Numbered from the stretch's first letter, positions 29,560 through 39,181 are shown. The stretch: DNA of 63,333 nt from a bacterium (GCA_024278215.1 JAJRTR010000038.1:1-63333); one strand, 5' to 3'. Program-made: numbers and translations. Notes: generated by a model from the letters alone, not told the origin.

Positions 29560-30297
29560 TCAATTTACTGTAGCGTCGAAAACAATCGCGCCGGTCGCTC
29601 CGGCGGCAATATTGGGGATGAGGCAGTTTACGGATGCCGTAGCGGACAGGTAGCCGCAACCGTCTGTGTGGTCGTCATCGTTTGTAGTTGTCGTGTCGTT
29701 AGTTATGATCTCGATGGAACCGGAATAATAAGTCATGTCCGATGGTATCGGGTCGTCGACCACAGCGTTTCTGGCCGCCTCGCCTTTGTTCTCGAATTCG
29801 AGTTTGAAGGTGATACGCGAGCCCGGCACAACATCGTCGGGGTTTCCGTTGTAGCCTGTCCCCGTCGGCGCCTGTATGTCGATTATGGATTTCGTCGCTT
29901 CGAGAACAGACACGATACCGGATATGTAGCCGCCCTCGAGCCGGTAGTTTGCGCTGCTCATATCCGTGTAGCCCGCGGGCTGGGCCGCGCTGAACACCAG
30001 CCAGTAGCCCGCGCCCACCAGCCCCGGCGCGCCCGCCGCCGTAAGCGAGCCGTGCCCTATCTCGTAGCTGGTTCCCGCCGCGCCGGCACATGCGACCACT
30101 GCGCTGAACAATACTATAAACAACATTGCCGCCGGTATTGAAAATAATTGGAGTTCCGTTAGTTTTCTTTTTTGTTTCAAATGCACTCTCACCCTGATTA
30201 TATGGTACCGCACATGCCGTAATGCGTCAATTGAAACACAGTATAATTCATACCGGAAATTGCAAAAACGTGGAAAGTCTGATAAGAATAGAGCCAA
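29560..30297 (-). CDS. Secreted DUF11-domain protein (true start probably near 30186 or later)
   Basis: Signal-like hydrophobic stretch; PGSRITFKLEFENKG...VVDDPIP...YYSGS. Confidence 0.7.
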   Translation of the reverse strand: MALFLSDFPRFCNFRYELYCVSIDALRHVRYHIIRVRVHLKQKRKLTELQLFSIPAAMLFIVLFSAVVACAGAAGTSYEIGHGSLTAAGAPGLVGAGYWLVFSAAQPAGYTDMSSANYRLEGGYISGIVSVLEATKSIIDIQAPTGTGYNGNPDDVVPGSRITFKLEFENKGEAARNAVVDDPIPSDMTYYSGSIEIITNDTTTTNDDDHTDGCGYLSATASVNCLIPNIAAGATGAIVFDATVN

Positions 30298-30467
30298 TTG
30301 AAAATTATGTTTGTAGCGAGGTCGAGCGAAATTGTTCAGAGCAAGGCGGAGGTGTAAAATCCTCGCAGGTGTACTTGCAAAGTACGTCGAGGACGATTTC
30401 GCGCCGACAACACAGCTATGGACAATAGCAGCCGACCGTAGCAGAATCAGATTTTTACAATTGGCTC
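30291..30467 (+). mobile_element. MITE family 1 full-length copy (177 bp)
   Basis: TIR GAGCCAATTG; AATA/AATA 4-bp direct repeat; internal CAAGGCG...CAACACAG core. Confidence 0.85.
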
Positions 30468-30509
30468 AATAAGGAAAACAATCAGACAGGATCGGGAAAC
30501 TACGTAATT

Positions 30510-31487
30510 GTGAAGTTTATTGAAGCGACCATATATGTTCTTTTGCTTGCGCTTGCGGTGTCGTTTTCGCTTGCGCCGCAGGTTGACAAGCGTGTGCTTA
30601 TCGCCTCGGACGACCACAACGCCGAATACCCCACTACAAAAGGTCTTTATAAGATAAAAGAAATAGTGGAGCGCGAGACAGGCGGTGCGCTGAAGGTCGT
30701 CGTGCGACACAGCGCGCAGCTCGGCTCCGAGAAAGAAACCATCGAACTGACGCAAATGGGCATCATCGACATCAACCGGGTGTCGTGTTCGCCCATGGCC
30801 AGTTTTTCACCGAACATGGGTGTGTTCAGCCTTCCCTATATCTTCCGCGACTCCGGACACGAATGGAAAGTGCTCGACGGCGCCATCGGCCGGGAACTGG
30901 GCCGGGAACTCGAGCGGGTCGGCATGGTGACGCTGGCGTATTACGATTCCGGCGCGCGAAGTTTCTACAACAAGCGGCGCCCGATAAACAAGCCGTCCGA
31001 CCTCGAGGGCCTGAAGATTCGTGTGCAGAAAAACCCCGTGATGATCGACCTGGTGAACGGGCTCGGCGCATCGGCGACTCCGATGGCGTTCGAGGAGGTG
31101 TACAGCGCGATACAGACGGGCGTCATCGACGGTGCGGAGAATAACCCGCCGAGCTATGTGACTACAGGCCACTACGAAGTGGCGAAGTACTACTCGCTCG
31201 ACGAACACACGCGAATTCCGGAAATAGTACTGTTCAGCAAAAAAGTGTGGGACCGTCTGCCGGAGAGCGAGCGGGAGATCGTCGCCCGCGCGGCACGTGT
31301 GTCGCAGGACTACCAGATCGAACTGTGGAAGGCGAAAGAAGAAGCGGGAATGAAGGCGGTGCGTGAAGCTGGCAACAAGGTGAATGTGCCGGACAAGCAG
31401 CCGTTCATCGACGCTGTGCAGCCCATTTATGATAAGTATGCCGCGGACCTGGGCGGCCTGATAAAACGAATACAGGCGGTGAAGTAG
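30510..31487 (+). CDS. dctP: TRAP transporter substrate-binding protein
   Basis: AQLGSE, DLEGLKIRV, EVYSAIQTGVIDGAEN. Confidence 0.92.
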   Translation: MKFIEATIYVLLLALAVSFSLAPQVDKRVLIASDDHNAEYPTTKGLYKIKEIVERETGGALKVVVRHSAQLGSEKETIELTQMGIIDINRVSCSPMASFSPNMGVFSLPYIFRDSGHEWKVLDGAIGRELGRELERVGMVTLAYYDSGARSFYNKRRPINKPSDLEGLKIRVQKNPVMIDLVNGLGASATPMAFEEVYSAIQTGVIDGAENNPPSYVTTGHYEVAKYYSLDEHTRIPEIVLFSKKVWDRLPESEREIVARAARVSQDYQIELWKAKEEAGMKAVREAGNKVNVPDKQPFIDAVQPIYDKYAADLGGLIKRIQAVK

Positions 31488-31502
31488 GAAAGACAACAAG
31501 TC

Positions 31503-31880
31503 TGGAAGCTGGAGCTTCCATTGCCCGGTGTTCCTACATGGTGGACCATAGTGTCGTGTCAACGATGAAAAGACGTAAAACCGATAAAAGGGTAGACAAG
31601 GGCGGCCCGCCTCAACTTTTGCTCGCACAAATAGTTATGCGTAATATATGCTCAGGCGCGGGACGATGACCCCGCCCTTGTCTACACTCAATATGTCAAT
31701 ACAAAGTTGACACGACACTATAAACAAGCAGGGGAATGAGCAGGAAATTACACATCAAGCATGAATTGTTGATTTGTATATGTAAACCATAATAAACTGC
31801 TATAAAGTTGAATAGTAATAAGTTTTGCGGATGCGGGAGCGTCCAGTCGTTACATTCCCGCTGTGGACGGTGGGAACGAG
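31503..31880. repeat. Nest of REP-like elements: family 4 at 31503-31520 and 31829-31880, family 3 doublet at 31592-31685
   Basis: TGGAAGCTGGAGCTTCCA; GTAGACAAGGGCGG...CCGCCCTTGTCTAC; TTCCC...GGGAACGAG. Confidence 0.65.
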
Positions 31881-31914
31881 TAATAAATGACGGGTAGACG
31901 GATGATTCGGAGTA

Positions 31915-32481
31915 TTGGATCGTATGTGCAAAAAGATAGATTTCAAGACGTTGGGAGAGAAGCTTTATTGGATATACGCAAATATCGCAATGGCACATGT
32001 TGCATTGGACCATAATCATAGTAAATATCAACGGCTTGACTATATGGTGCGTGCTAGACTGTATAAAGGATTATGTACCGGCACAATGAGAATCGGAACT
32101 TTATATGATGACGAAAAGGAAAAGCTTGGTAATGATATATGTTGTTACTGTGGGAGCGGAGACAAATTGACTCTTGATCATCTGATCCCAAGAAAAAACG
32201 GTGGTACTGATTCTGGGGATAATATTGTTTATGCTTGCAGGAAATGTAATTCTTCAAAAAGTTCTACTGATCTTATAGAATGGATGTTACGGAACGATAA
32301 ATTTCCACCATTATTGATACTCAGAAGATACATGAAAATTGTTATATCATTTTGTGAAGTTAATGATTATATGGATAAAGATTATACAATGTTTGAAGAA
32401 CTTGATTTGCCGTTCAGAATTGATCTTTTGCCATACCGTTTTCCGAACCCTGGAGAGTTGAGATTAAGAGCCGCTAACTGA
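31915..32481 (+). CDS. HNH endonuclease
   Basis: CCYCG...TLDHLIPRKNGG.D...NIVYACRKCNSSK; AT-rich compared with flanks. Confidence 0.88.
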   Translation: MDRMCKKIDFKTLGEKLYWIYANIAMAHVALDHNHSKYQRLDYMVRARLYKGLCTGTMRIGTLYDDEKEKLGNDICCYCGSGDKLTLDHLIPRKNGGTDSGDNIVYACRKCNSSKSSTDLIEWMLRNDKFPPLLILRRYMKIVISFCEVNDYMDKDYTMFEELDLPFRIDLLPYRFPNPGELRLRAAN

Positions 32482-32483
32482 AG

Positions 32484-33017
32484 ATGAAAGCTTACGAAGC
32501 ACTATTAAAAGCAATCTCGAAGCTCGTGGAGTTTGTGACCTGTGCGCTTCTGACTGCCCTTGTGCTGATAATCACATGGCAGGTTTTCTCGCGCTACGTG
32601 CTGGGCACGACACCGTCATGGTCTGAAGAAATATCGGTAATACTTGTCGTGTGGTTCGGTATGCTGGGAGCGGGGCTGGGAGTGCGCGACGGAAGCCATC
32701 TGGCAGTCGAGTTCATTGTGCGCGGCATGAGCGCGGGGCCGCGCATGTTCTTCCATCGGCTTTCCTTCGCGCTGATAATCGCGTTTTCAGGACTAATGGT
32801 TATCGGCGGCTTCAGGCTCGTCAAATTTGTTATGGACAACAACGAGATCAACCCGGCAACAGGAATACCCGTAGGATATACATATCTCGCGCTGCCTCTT
32901 GCGGGCATTTTTATTTTCATGCACGCGCTCAAGCATCTTCTGGACCTCTTCGCGGGCCGGGAGCCCGCAGTTGAGGACCTGTTTGCAGAAACGGGAAAGG
33001 GGGCGGACGCAGAGTAG
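32484..33017 (+). CDS. dctQ: TRAP transporter small permease
   Basis: QVFSRY, WSEE, HLAVE; four TM helices. Confidence 0.9.
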   Translation: MKAYEALLKAISKLVEFVTCALLTALVLIITWQVFSRYVLGTTPSWSEEISVILVVWFGMLGAGLGVRDGSHLAVEFIVRGMSAGPRMFFHRLSFALIIAFSGLMVIGGFRLVKFVMDNNEINPATGIPVGYTYLALPLAGIFIFMHALKHLLDLFAGREPAVEDLFAETGKGADAE

Positions 33018-33019
33018 AT

Positions 33020-34324
33020 ATGGACCCGGTGAATGTCGCAACCTTTCTGCTTATAAGCACGTTTTTCGTGCTGCTGCTCGTGCGGGTACCCATAGCATTC
33101 GCGCTGGGCATAGCCTCTTTTGTCACGATATCGTATCTCGGGCTCGAACCCATGGCGGTCGTTCTGAAGATGGCCGACGGGATCGACTCGTTCGCGCTGC
33201 TGGCTATCCCATTCTTTATACTTGCGGGACAGATCATGGCCGACGGCGGCATAGCGAGGCGGATGATCAACTTCGCGAATATATTCGTCGGACGCATCAG
33301 GGGCGGTCTGGCGATGGTCAACATACTCGCCAGCATGTTCTTCGGCGGCATCTCCGGTTCGTCTGTCGCGGACACCGCTTCCATCGGCTCGATCCTTATC
33401 CCGATGATGAAGAAAAAAGGATACGATACCGACTATTCAGTAGCTGTGACTATAACATCGTCCACACAGGGCATCATTATTCCCCCGAGCCATAATGTGA
33501 TCATTTACGCGCTTGCCGCCGGAGGCGCGGTGTCGATCGGCAAGCTCTTCCTCGGCGGCGTGATCCCCGGCGTGCTGGTCGGCATCACTCTCATGATCGT
33601 ATCCTACATCATCGCAGTGCTGCGCAATTATCCGAAAGGCGAAAAGATCGGGTTCGGCGAGGCTCTCAGGATCACTATCGACGCATTCTGGGGCCTGATC
33701 ACGGCGGTTATTATCGTCGGCGCTGTTGTTTTCGGCGTTGCCACCGCGACGGAATCGTCGGCCATCGCGGTAGTATATGCGTTCCTCGTGACATTCCTTA
33801 TCTACCGCGAGATCGGCATCGGCGAGTTCGGAAAGATTCTACTGAATTCGGTAAAGACCATATCTATGGTCATGATGCTGATAGCGACGGCATCGACATT
33901 CGGCTTTATGCTGGCTTATCTCGGGGTGCCTGCAAAGGTGACTGCGCTTCTCGCGGCGGTTACCACAAACAGGATAGTACTGCTGCTGCTGATAAACGTG
34001 ATGCTGCTCGTGCTGGGCTGCATCATGGACATGGCACCGCTGATACTGATAGTGACACCGGTTCTGCTGCCGGTGGTAACAGGCCCTGCAATCGGGATGG
34101 ACCCGGTTCATTTCGGCATCATGCTCATGCTGAACCTGGGCATCGGGCTCTGCACGCCGCCGGTGGGCAGCACGCTTTTCGTCGGCTGCGCAATAGGCAA
34201 CATCAGCATCGAGAAAATGGCGAAATCGCTCTGGCCGTTCTACCTCGCCATGCTATTCGTTCTCCTGCTTGTTACTTATGTCGCTCCGGTCACCTTATGG
34301 CTCCCCTCGCTGATTATGAAGTGA
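33020..34324 (+). CDS. dctM: TRAP transporter large permease
   Basis: LAIPFFILAG, FGGISGS, IIPPS, TPPVG. Confidence 0.93.
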   Translation: MDPVNVATFLLISTFFVLLLVRVPIAFALGIASFVTISYLGLEPMAVVLKMADGIDSFALLAIPFFILAGQIMADGGIARRMINFANIFVGRIRGGLAMVNILASMFFGGISGSSVADTASIGSILIPMMKKKGYDTDYSVAVTITSSTQGIIIPPSHNVIIYALAAGGAVSIGKLFLGGVIPGVLVGITLMIVSYIIAVLRNYPKGEKIGFGEALRITIDAFWGLITAVIIVGAVVFGVATATESSAIAVVYAFLVTFLIYREIGIGEFGKILLNSVKTISMVMMLIATASTFGFMLAYLGVPAKVTALLAAVTTNRIVLLLLINVMLLVLGCIMDMAPLILIVTPVLLPVVTGPAIGMDPVHFGIMLMLNLGIGLCTPPVGSTLFVGCAIGNISIEKMAKSLWPFYLAMLFVLLLVTYVAPVTLWLPSLIMK

Positions 34325-34335
34325 TTTGAAGAAAA

Positions 34336-34414
34336 TTCGGAGTTCGGAGTTCGGAGTTTTTACTCGTTCCCAGGGTCCGCCCCGGGAACGCGGAAACTGG
34401 AAGCGTCGGCTTTC
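34336..34414. repeat. (TTCGGAG)x3 heptamer followed by a family 4 REP-like double hairpin
   Basis: CTCGTTCCCAGGG...GGGAACGC...GGAAGCGTCGGCTTTC; reverse-complement match to 41837-41889. Confidence 0.65.
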
Positions 34415-34458
34415 GTCATAATTGTATCGGCAGGCCTTCCGGGTTTTTCGTTCAATCG

Positions 34459-34950
34459 TTACTTTACTTTTTTATTTTTCCTGGGCTTCCTCTTTTCACT
34501 TTTCGGTTCAAGGAAAGAAAAACGCAGGAACATAAAATCTACTATGTGGTACAGTGTGCCTTCTGTGGGGATAAATCGAAACGAACCGGCAATCTGGGAT
34601 TTTATATTATCCGGGAGTCTCGCCGCCACGAACATGCCGAAAATACCACCGAAAAAAGAAAAGAAAATCCCGTAGCCGATAGCCTTCGGAACTATTACAT
34701 AATTAATTATGTTGGTGTAATAAAAAACAGCCACAAAAAAACAGATCATTCCAAATATCATGCCCTTGATGCGTGCTTCCATCTCGACATCGCTCACCAC
34801 AACTCGCATACCATAAGGAAGGTTACTGCCGATGACCTTTTTGTTTTTTTTCCTTATGGCAGCCCAGTCGAGTTCCGCGCCACAACCGGTGCAGAATTGT
34901 TTCTCGTGCAATTCAAGCATTTTTCCACAGTTCGGACAGTTCATTATCAT
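34459..34950 (-). CDS. Zinc-ribbon membrane protein
   Basis: CPNCG...FCTGCG; two TM helices. Confidence 0.75.
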   Translation of the reverse strand: MIMNCPNCGKMLELHEKQFCTGCGAELDWAAIRKKNKKVIGSNLPYGMRVVVSDVEMEARIKGMIFGMICFFVAVFYYTNIINYVIVPKAIGYGIFFSFFGGIFGMFVAARLPDNIKSQIAGSFRFIPTEGTLYHIVDFMFLRFSFLEPKSEKRKPRKNKKVK

Positions 34951-35053
34951 CCTTACTTCCCGGAAATCGACAACTTTCAGGGAAAAACCACGCTAATGAT
35001 AATTATCATTACAAAACAGAAAAAAATGACCGGTTGAGTTAATCGCAAAATTA

Positions 35054-35467
35054 TTACTCCATCGGTTCATCCTGTACTGCCTTCGGTGGCTTGCCGCCCG
35101 GCGGCACAACAGATATTCGCTCGATGACGAATTTCCATTCACCGGATTTGTCCATCTCATAGTCGCGAAAAACATAAGTCAGCACAGGTTCCTCTCCGCA
35201 TTCCATGTATGCGGAACCTGAAAACGTCGGTCTCAACAGATATGATAGCGAGGAAAAAAGACTGTTTTTTAAATTATCCGGCATTCCGATAGTACTTCCT
35301 TTTATCTCGCATTCTTCTCTTTTTTCTATTTCTGCTTTTGCCTTCAGCGCAGAAACGGCCGCTCTGCTTTTTATGTTGAAGTTGACTATGAGAACTCCCG
35401 AAACCAACAGTGAAACAACTATCATGATTACAACTGTTTTCGACATATTTACATTGTTTTTTTTCAT
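35054..35467 (-). CDS. Hypothetical membrane-anchored protein
   Basis: N-terminal TM segment; 137 aa. Confidence 0.65.
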   Translation of the reverse strand: MKKNNVNMSKTVVIMIVVSLLVSGVLIVNFNIKSRAAVSALKAKAEIEKREECEIKGSTIGMPDNLKNSLFSSLSYLLRPTFSGSAYMECGEEPVLTYVFRDYEMDKSGEWKFVIERISVVPPGGKPPKAVQDEPME

Positions 35468-35485
35468 AATACGTCCCTAACCATG

Positions 35486-35574
35486 TTTGGAGTGCGGTGT
35501 TTCATCACCGCTTTGTCTTAGTCCGGGAATTAATTCCCGACGATGAAAGCGACAATGAATTGTCGCACTCCAAA
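35486..35574. repeat. GGAG-type REP doublet (REPIN-like)
   Basis: TTTGGAGTGCGGTGTTTCATCACCGCTTT and inverted TTTGGAGTGCGACAATTCATTGTCGCTTT around the palindrome CGGGAATTAATTCCCG. Confidence 0.8.
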
Positions 35575-35579
35575 TCGCC

Positions 35580-36110
35580 TTATATCGGTTCGTCAAAATT
35601 CCTGCGAGGTTCCTCCTTCAGAAAGGCGCTCCAGTCTTTAATGTTTTTCATATCAGGCACTGGTGTTTCGACGAGTGGATCATGGGCGAAACCGCAATGT
35701 GCCGCCGCGCTGCTCCATGGCCAGTCTTCCGCGCTGTCCACCAGACCCGCCCGCACCGGAAGCGTCTCGACATATCTCGCGGCTTCACAGACGGGTAAGC
35801 CGTCGAGTGTGCAGCCGACGAGTTCCCGCTTCCATGAGACCGTGTTACCGTTCTTCTTTCCCATGTATCTTGAATACATAGTTTTCAGCATTCGCACTGT
35901 ATTTTTAACAGATTCCTGTTTCGACGGCGTCGCCACAAGATGCAGGCTGTCCGGGAATAGGCAGTATGCAGTTACATTCAATCCGTACATGTCGCAATAC
36001 TTCGCCAGATATTCCAGGAACCGGACCCGGTCGATCACCGCGGGCAGCACATTCGATCCGTCATGTGAAACCATCGACAGATATATGGGACGCTCTTTCA
36101 AATATTTCAT
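35580..36110 (-). CDS. Degenerate REP-associated tyrosine transposase (RAYT, Y1 HUH fold)
   Basis: AYCLFPDSLHLV (normally YCLMxNHxHL), RYVETLPVRAGLV...WPWSS; the track ORF extension to 36242 runs through a MITE. Confidence 0.75.
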   Translation of the reverse strand: MKYLKERPIYLSMVSHDGSNVLPAVIDRVRFLEYLAKYCDMYGLNVTAYCLFPDSLHLVATPSKQESVKNTVRMLKTMYSRYMGKKNGNTVSWKRELVGCTLDGLPVCEAARYVETLPVRAGLVDSAEDWPWSSAAAHCGFAHDPLVETPVPDMKNIKDWSAFLKEEPRRNFDEPI

Positions 36111-36133
36111 AATATAACCAGACAGGTTTTCGG

Positions 36134-36311
36134 GAGCCGCTTGTAAAAGTCCGTTCGTAGCGAGGTCGAGCGAAATTGATTCAGAGCAGGGCGGAAGCGC
36201 TAAATCCGCACATACGCACTCATAAGAGTACGTTGAAGACAATTGCGGCGGACAACGCAGCTCCGGACAATTGCAACTGATCGCAGTAGAACAGAGTTCT
36301 GCAAGCAGCTC
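36134..36311 (+). mobile_element. MITE family 1 full-length diverged copy
   Basis: GAGCCGCTTG / CAAGCAGCTC ends; GTAGCGAGGTCGAGCGAAATTG shared with the 30291 copy. Confidence 0.8.
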
Positions 36312-36412
36312 TTTATGTTATACCTCGCGTTTACGGTAGTCAATGCGGCTGCCGGATTCATCGACCGGCTGCATACAAACGATCATACAGGCGACTATGT
36401 CGATTTCGAGAA

Positions 36413-38251
36413 TTATCTTTTCAACTGGTACAGACGGAAATCATCGAGAAACAATTCCGAATCCGGCGCTCCGGTGATGACAAGTGTTCTGTCTTTCGCC
36501 TGGTCGAGATGGAAACCCGACGACATAAGGAAGTTCCAGTTGCCCGGACTGTACCGCTGGGAAAACTGATAGATGTCGCCGTTGGTGCAACATGAGCCCG
36601 TTGCGGGGACGATATCGATCCGGGCGCTACCTGTTTTGACGAGAGCAAAGCCTGTCAGGTGAAAAATGAGCTTATCATCATAAGCATCTTTTACAGGTAT
36701 CGGTATCACGATTTTTCCGCCCTGGTGCCCGAATTTGATATATTGCGCTTTCCTGCCGCTTGCGACAAAATTGTGCATATCCGTCAGCGCGGTCCCCGCG
36801 GCGCCCGTAACAGTCCAGCCGTCCGCGACCCCGTCGCTGTCTGCATCTTTCTCGAAATCACCGTTTTCAAGGAACTGTTTTTTATGGTAAACAAGCGATC
36901 TGAAAGGCTCATTCAATGGGCAATATTTCTTTTTCAGGATCAGCCTGCCGTCCGCCGGCACCGGGTTCCTCATCCTGATCTTATCCAGAGTGAAACTCTT
37001 CCTGTTTTTTCCCTTTTGAAAAATGATCGATTTATTGTTTATCCTTATCCTTTCGGGTGGCAGATACCACAGTTCCGGGGTGGCCATCTTCCTTGCGCAA
37101 CGGCTCCAGGGCAGCGAGTATTCATCACTGTAACAAAATGAATTCCCCGGGTTGTTATCGAAAATCCCGACTGCAATATTCTTAAAAAGATATCTTGGGT
37201 TGATGTAGTATCCTTCAAGTCTCTTTATTGAATCTTTATATGGCACATATCCCATCGACTCGACCTTGCCGTTTACCAGCGCCTCGTGCATTTCAAACAC
37301 ATTCGCCGGTTTTGCGCCCACTGTGTAGTAAACACTGAACGTCGAATCGAAAGCGACCCACTTGTTCATCGACCTGACGAATATTTCTTCAAACACATGT
37401 GTGTCTCCCCAACTGCTGAAATTTATATCCACCATTCGTGGGGTGAAACCATACTTGCGCGCCAGCCGGTAAAGTTCTAATGCGTGTCGACCGCAACCGG
37501 CATTTCCCCCGTAAGCATCGTATCCCATATTAGTTATTGTGAATATCTTGGAGAAATCATCGGCCATTCCATTTTTCGCGTTTTCGACAAAAGTCAACGC
37601 TCTGCTTCCGGCTGAAGCGACGACCTTTCCCTCATCATTCATCCCTGCGGCAATAACATTGAAGTACTTGTAAAGATGGAGATCCTTCCGCGGAATAACA
37701 AGTTCTTTTCGATTCCCCGCGGCCGCCCCGCCTCTGAACGATGCCAGTCTGATCTTTGTTCCGATGGGCTCGAGGGCATAGACGTTAATACTTTTGATCC
37801 GGCTTCCACTCCACTCGATACATATATGATCTTCCTTTTCGAGAGAAATCACCGAATAGACGCTGCCCGGTGCATCCAGCAACGGATTCTTAACCTGCGT
37901 GGTTTTCAACTCGCCGCCGCCGCACAGTTCGTCGATGATGATTGTTACGGGTTCTTTTTTATCGGTTCGAGATGTCGCTGAGCCGGTAGTGAATTCCTGT
38001 GTTGGCGTTGTTCCCGACCGCTGCGCTCGGGCCGCAGAGTCGACACTCTTTTTTTCGTCCTGTTTTGTGCCGGTTCCTTCTTCTTCCGAATTGGACAACT
38101 TGATTGACTGCGCATCCTTTTTCTTCGCCGCGGCGGCATTCCCGCCGGACCCGTTGCCCGGTCCGCTGCACGAGTTCACAACAAATAACACGCAGGCTGT
38201 CAAAACGGCTATCGCCGTAATACGCAATAATGTCATGTTTTTCCAATTCAT
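36413..38251 (-). CDS. Lipoprotein with transglutaminase-like domain and C-terminal CBM-like domain
   Basis: Lipobox VNSC; AGCGRHA...THVFEE...KWVAFDST (C-H-D); LENGDFE...DGVADGW. Confidence 0.65.
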   Translation of the reverse strand: MNWKNMTLLRITAIAVLTACVLFVVNSCSGPGNGSGGNAAAAKKKDAQSIKLSNSEEEGTGTKQDEKKSVDSAARAQRSGTTPTQEFTTGSATSRTDKKEPVTIIIDELCGGGELKTTQVKNPLLDAPGSVYSVISLEKEDHICIEWSGSRIKSINVYALEPIGTKIRLASFRGGAAAGNRKELVIPRKDLHLYKYFNVIAAGMNDEGKVVASAGSRALTFVENAKNGMADDFSKIFTITNMGYDAYGGNAGCGRHALELYRLARKYGFTPRMVDINFSSWGDTHVFEEIFVRSMNKWVAFDSTFSVYYTVGAKPANVFEMHEALVNGKVESMGYVPYKDSIKRLEGYYINPRYLFKNIAVGIFDNNPGNSFCYSDEYSLPWSRCARKMATPELWYLPPERIRINNKSIIFQKGKNRKSFTLDKIRMRNPVPADGRLILKKKYCPLNEPFRSLVYHKKQFLENGDFEKDADSDGVADGWTVTGAAGTALTDMHNFVASGRKAQYIKFGHQGGKIVIPIPVKDAYDDKLIFHLTGFALVKTGSARIDIVPATGSCCTNGDIYQFSQRYSPGNWNFLMSSGFHLDQAKDRTLVITGAPDSELFLDDFRLYQLKR

Positions 38252-38291
38252 AAAATCAACCCGGTTTTATATAAATCAACAGCTCTATTAT

Positions 38292-38338
38292 AGGCCTTCT
38301 CCCGATTTTGAACCTGTATTGGTGAAATATGCGGTTAA
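38292..38338. repeat. Family 2 end fragment
   Basis: AGGCCTTCTCCCGATT...GTATTGGTGAAATATGCGGTTA; matches 63103-63141. Confidence 0.6.
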
Positions 38339-38341
38339 AAA

Positions 38342-39016
38342 TTAATTAATAATCTTCCAGAGTTTGTCTTTGTTGAAACTCATATAGTAGGCGAGAGCCT
38401 CGAGTTTTGTTGTGAGATCGACAGACAGGATGCGGATATCGTCTTCGGCCTTGAGAGTTACAGGCGCGAAATTGAGAATCGCCTTGATGCCTTCCGCAGC
38501 AAGTGTGTCCGCTACATTCTGGGCATGTTCGGCGGGCACGGCGATAATAGCCATCTCTATTTCATTTTCCCTGATAAAATGCTCCATCTCGTCGACATGT
38601 TTGATAGGAATGCCGTCTATATCGGTGCCGACTTTTTCAGTATCCATATCGAATATGGCCTTGATGGAGAAACCGCGCATATCGAAGCCGGGGTAGCGGG
38701 ATATGGCGAGTCCAAGATGTCCCGCGCCGACAACAATCACCGGCCACTCGCGGTCGAGACCCAGGATATAGCGCAGTTCCTTGAGCAGATAGCGCACATC
38801 GTAGCCCATGCCGCGTTTGCCGAAATATCCAAAATAGGAAAGGTCTTTGCGTATCTGCGAAGATTTTATGTTCAGCTTATTGCCCAGTGCTTCGGAAGAA
38901 ATGGTGTCTATGCCTCTTTTGGCCATTTCTTCGAGTGCTCTGAAGTAATATGAAAGTCTTTCGACCGTTGTCTTTGGGAATTTGTATCTCTTTCTTTTTG
39001 AACTGCTCATCGCCAC
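38342..39016 (-). CDS. rex: Redox-sensing transcriptional repressor Rex
   Basis: RLSYY, ISSEAL, QIRKDLSYFG..GKRG.GY, GAGHLG, AILNFAP. Confidence 0.96.
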   Translation of the reverse strand: MAMSSSKRKRYKFPKTTVERLSYYFRALEEMAKRGIDTISSEALGNKLNIKSSQIRKDLSYFGYFGKRGMGYDVRYLLKELRYILGLDREWPVIVVGAGHLGLAISRYPGFDMRGFSIKAIFDMDTEKVGTDIDGIPIKHVDEMEHFIRENEIEMAIIAVPAEHAQNVADTLAAEGIKAILNFAPVTLKAEDDIRILSVDLTTKLEALAYYMSFNKDKLWKIIN

Positions 39017-39025
39017 TCCCGGCGC

Positions 39026-39043
39026 ATGTGAATTTTTTAACTT
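39026..39043. promoter_or_regulatory. Putative autoregulatory Rex operator
   Basis: ATGTGAATTTTTTAACTT immediately upstream of the rex start. Confidence 0.5.
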
Positions 39044-39094
39044 GTCGGCTCAAAAAAAATCGAGTGTACTGTCAATGTCGTTCCAAGTCGATAA

Positions 39095-39181
39095 TGCCGA
39101 AGCCCGGACTTGAACCGGGACGCGAATATTTTCGCACTAGCACCTCAAGCTAGCGTGTCTACCAAATTCCACCACTCCGGC
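39095..39181 (-). tRNA. tRNA-Leu(GAG)
   Basis: GCCGGAG acceptor stem, CTAGC-TTGAGGT-GCTAG anticodon arm, long variable arm, GGTTCAAGTCC T arm; no encoded CCA. Confidence 0.95.

Noticed and set aside
31696-32031. 111-aa minus-strand ORF
   Set aside because: It overlaps the HNH gene and a REP element; at most its hydrophobic 3' part is a gene remnant.
31633-32478. Integron cassette interpretation of the HNH gene (GTTATGC upstream, GCTAAC at the end)
   Set aside because: The GTTATGC lies inside a family 3 repeat, no attC stem follows the gene, and no integrase is present.
36111-36242. N-terminal extension of the RAYT ORF in the track
   Set aside because: It is translated MITE sequence.
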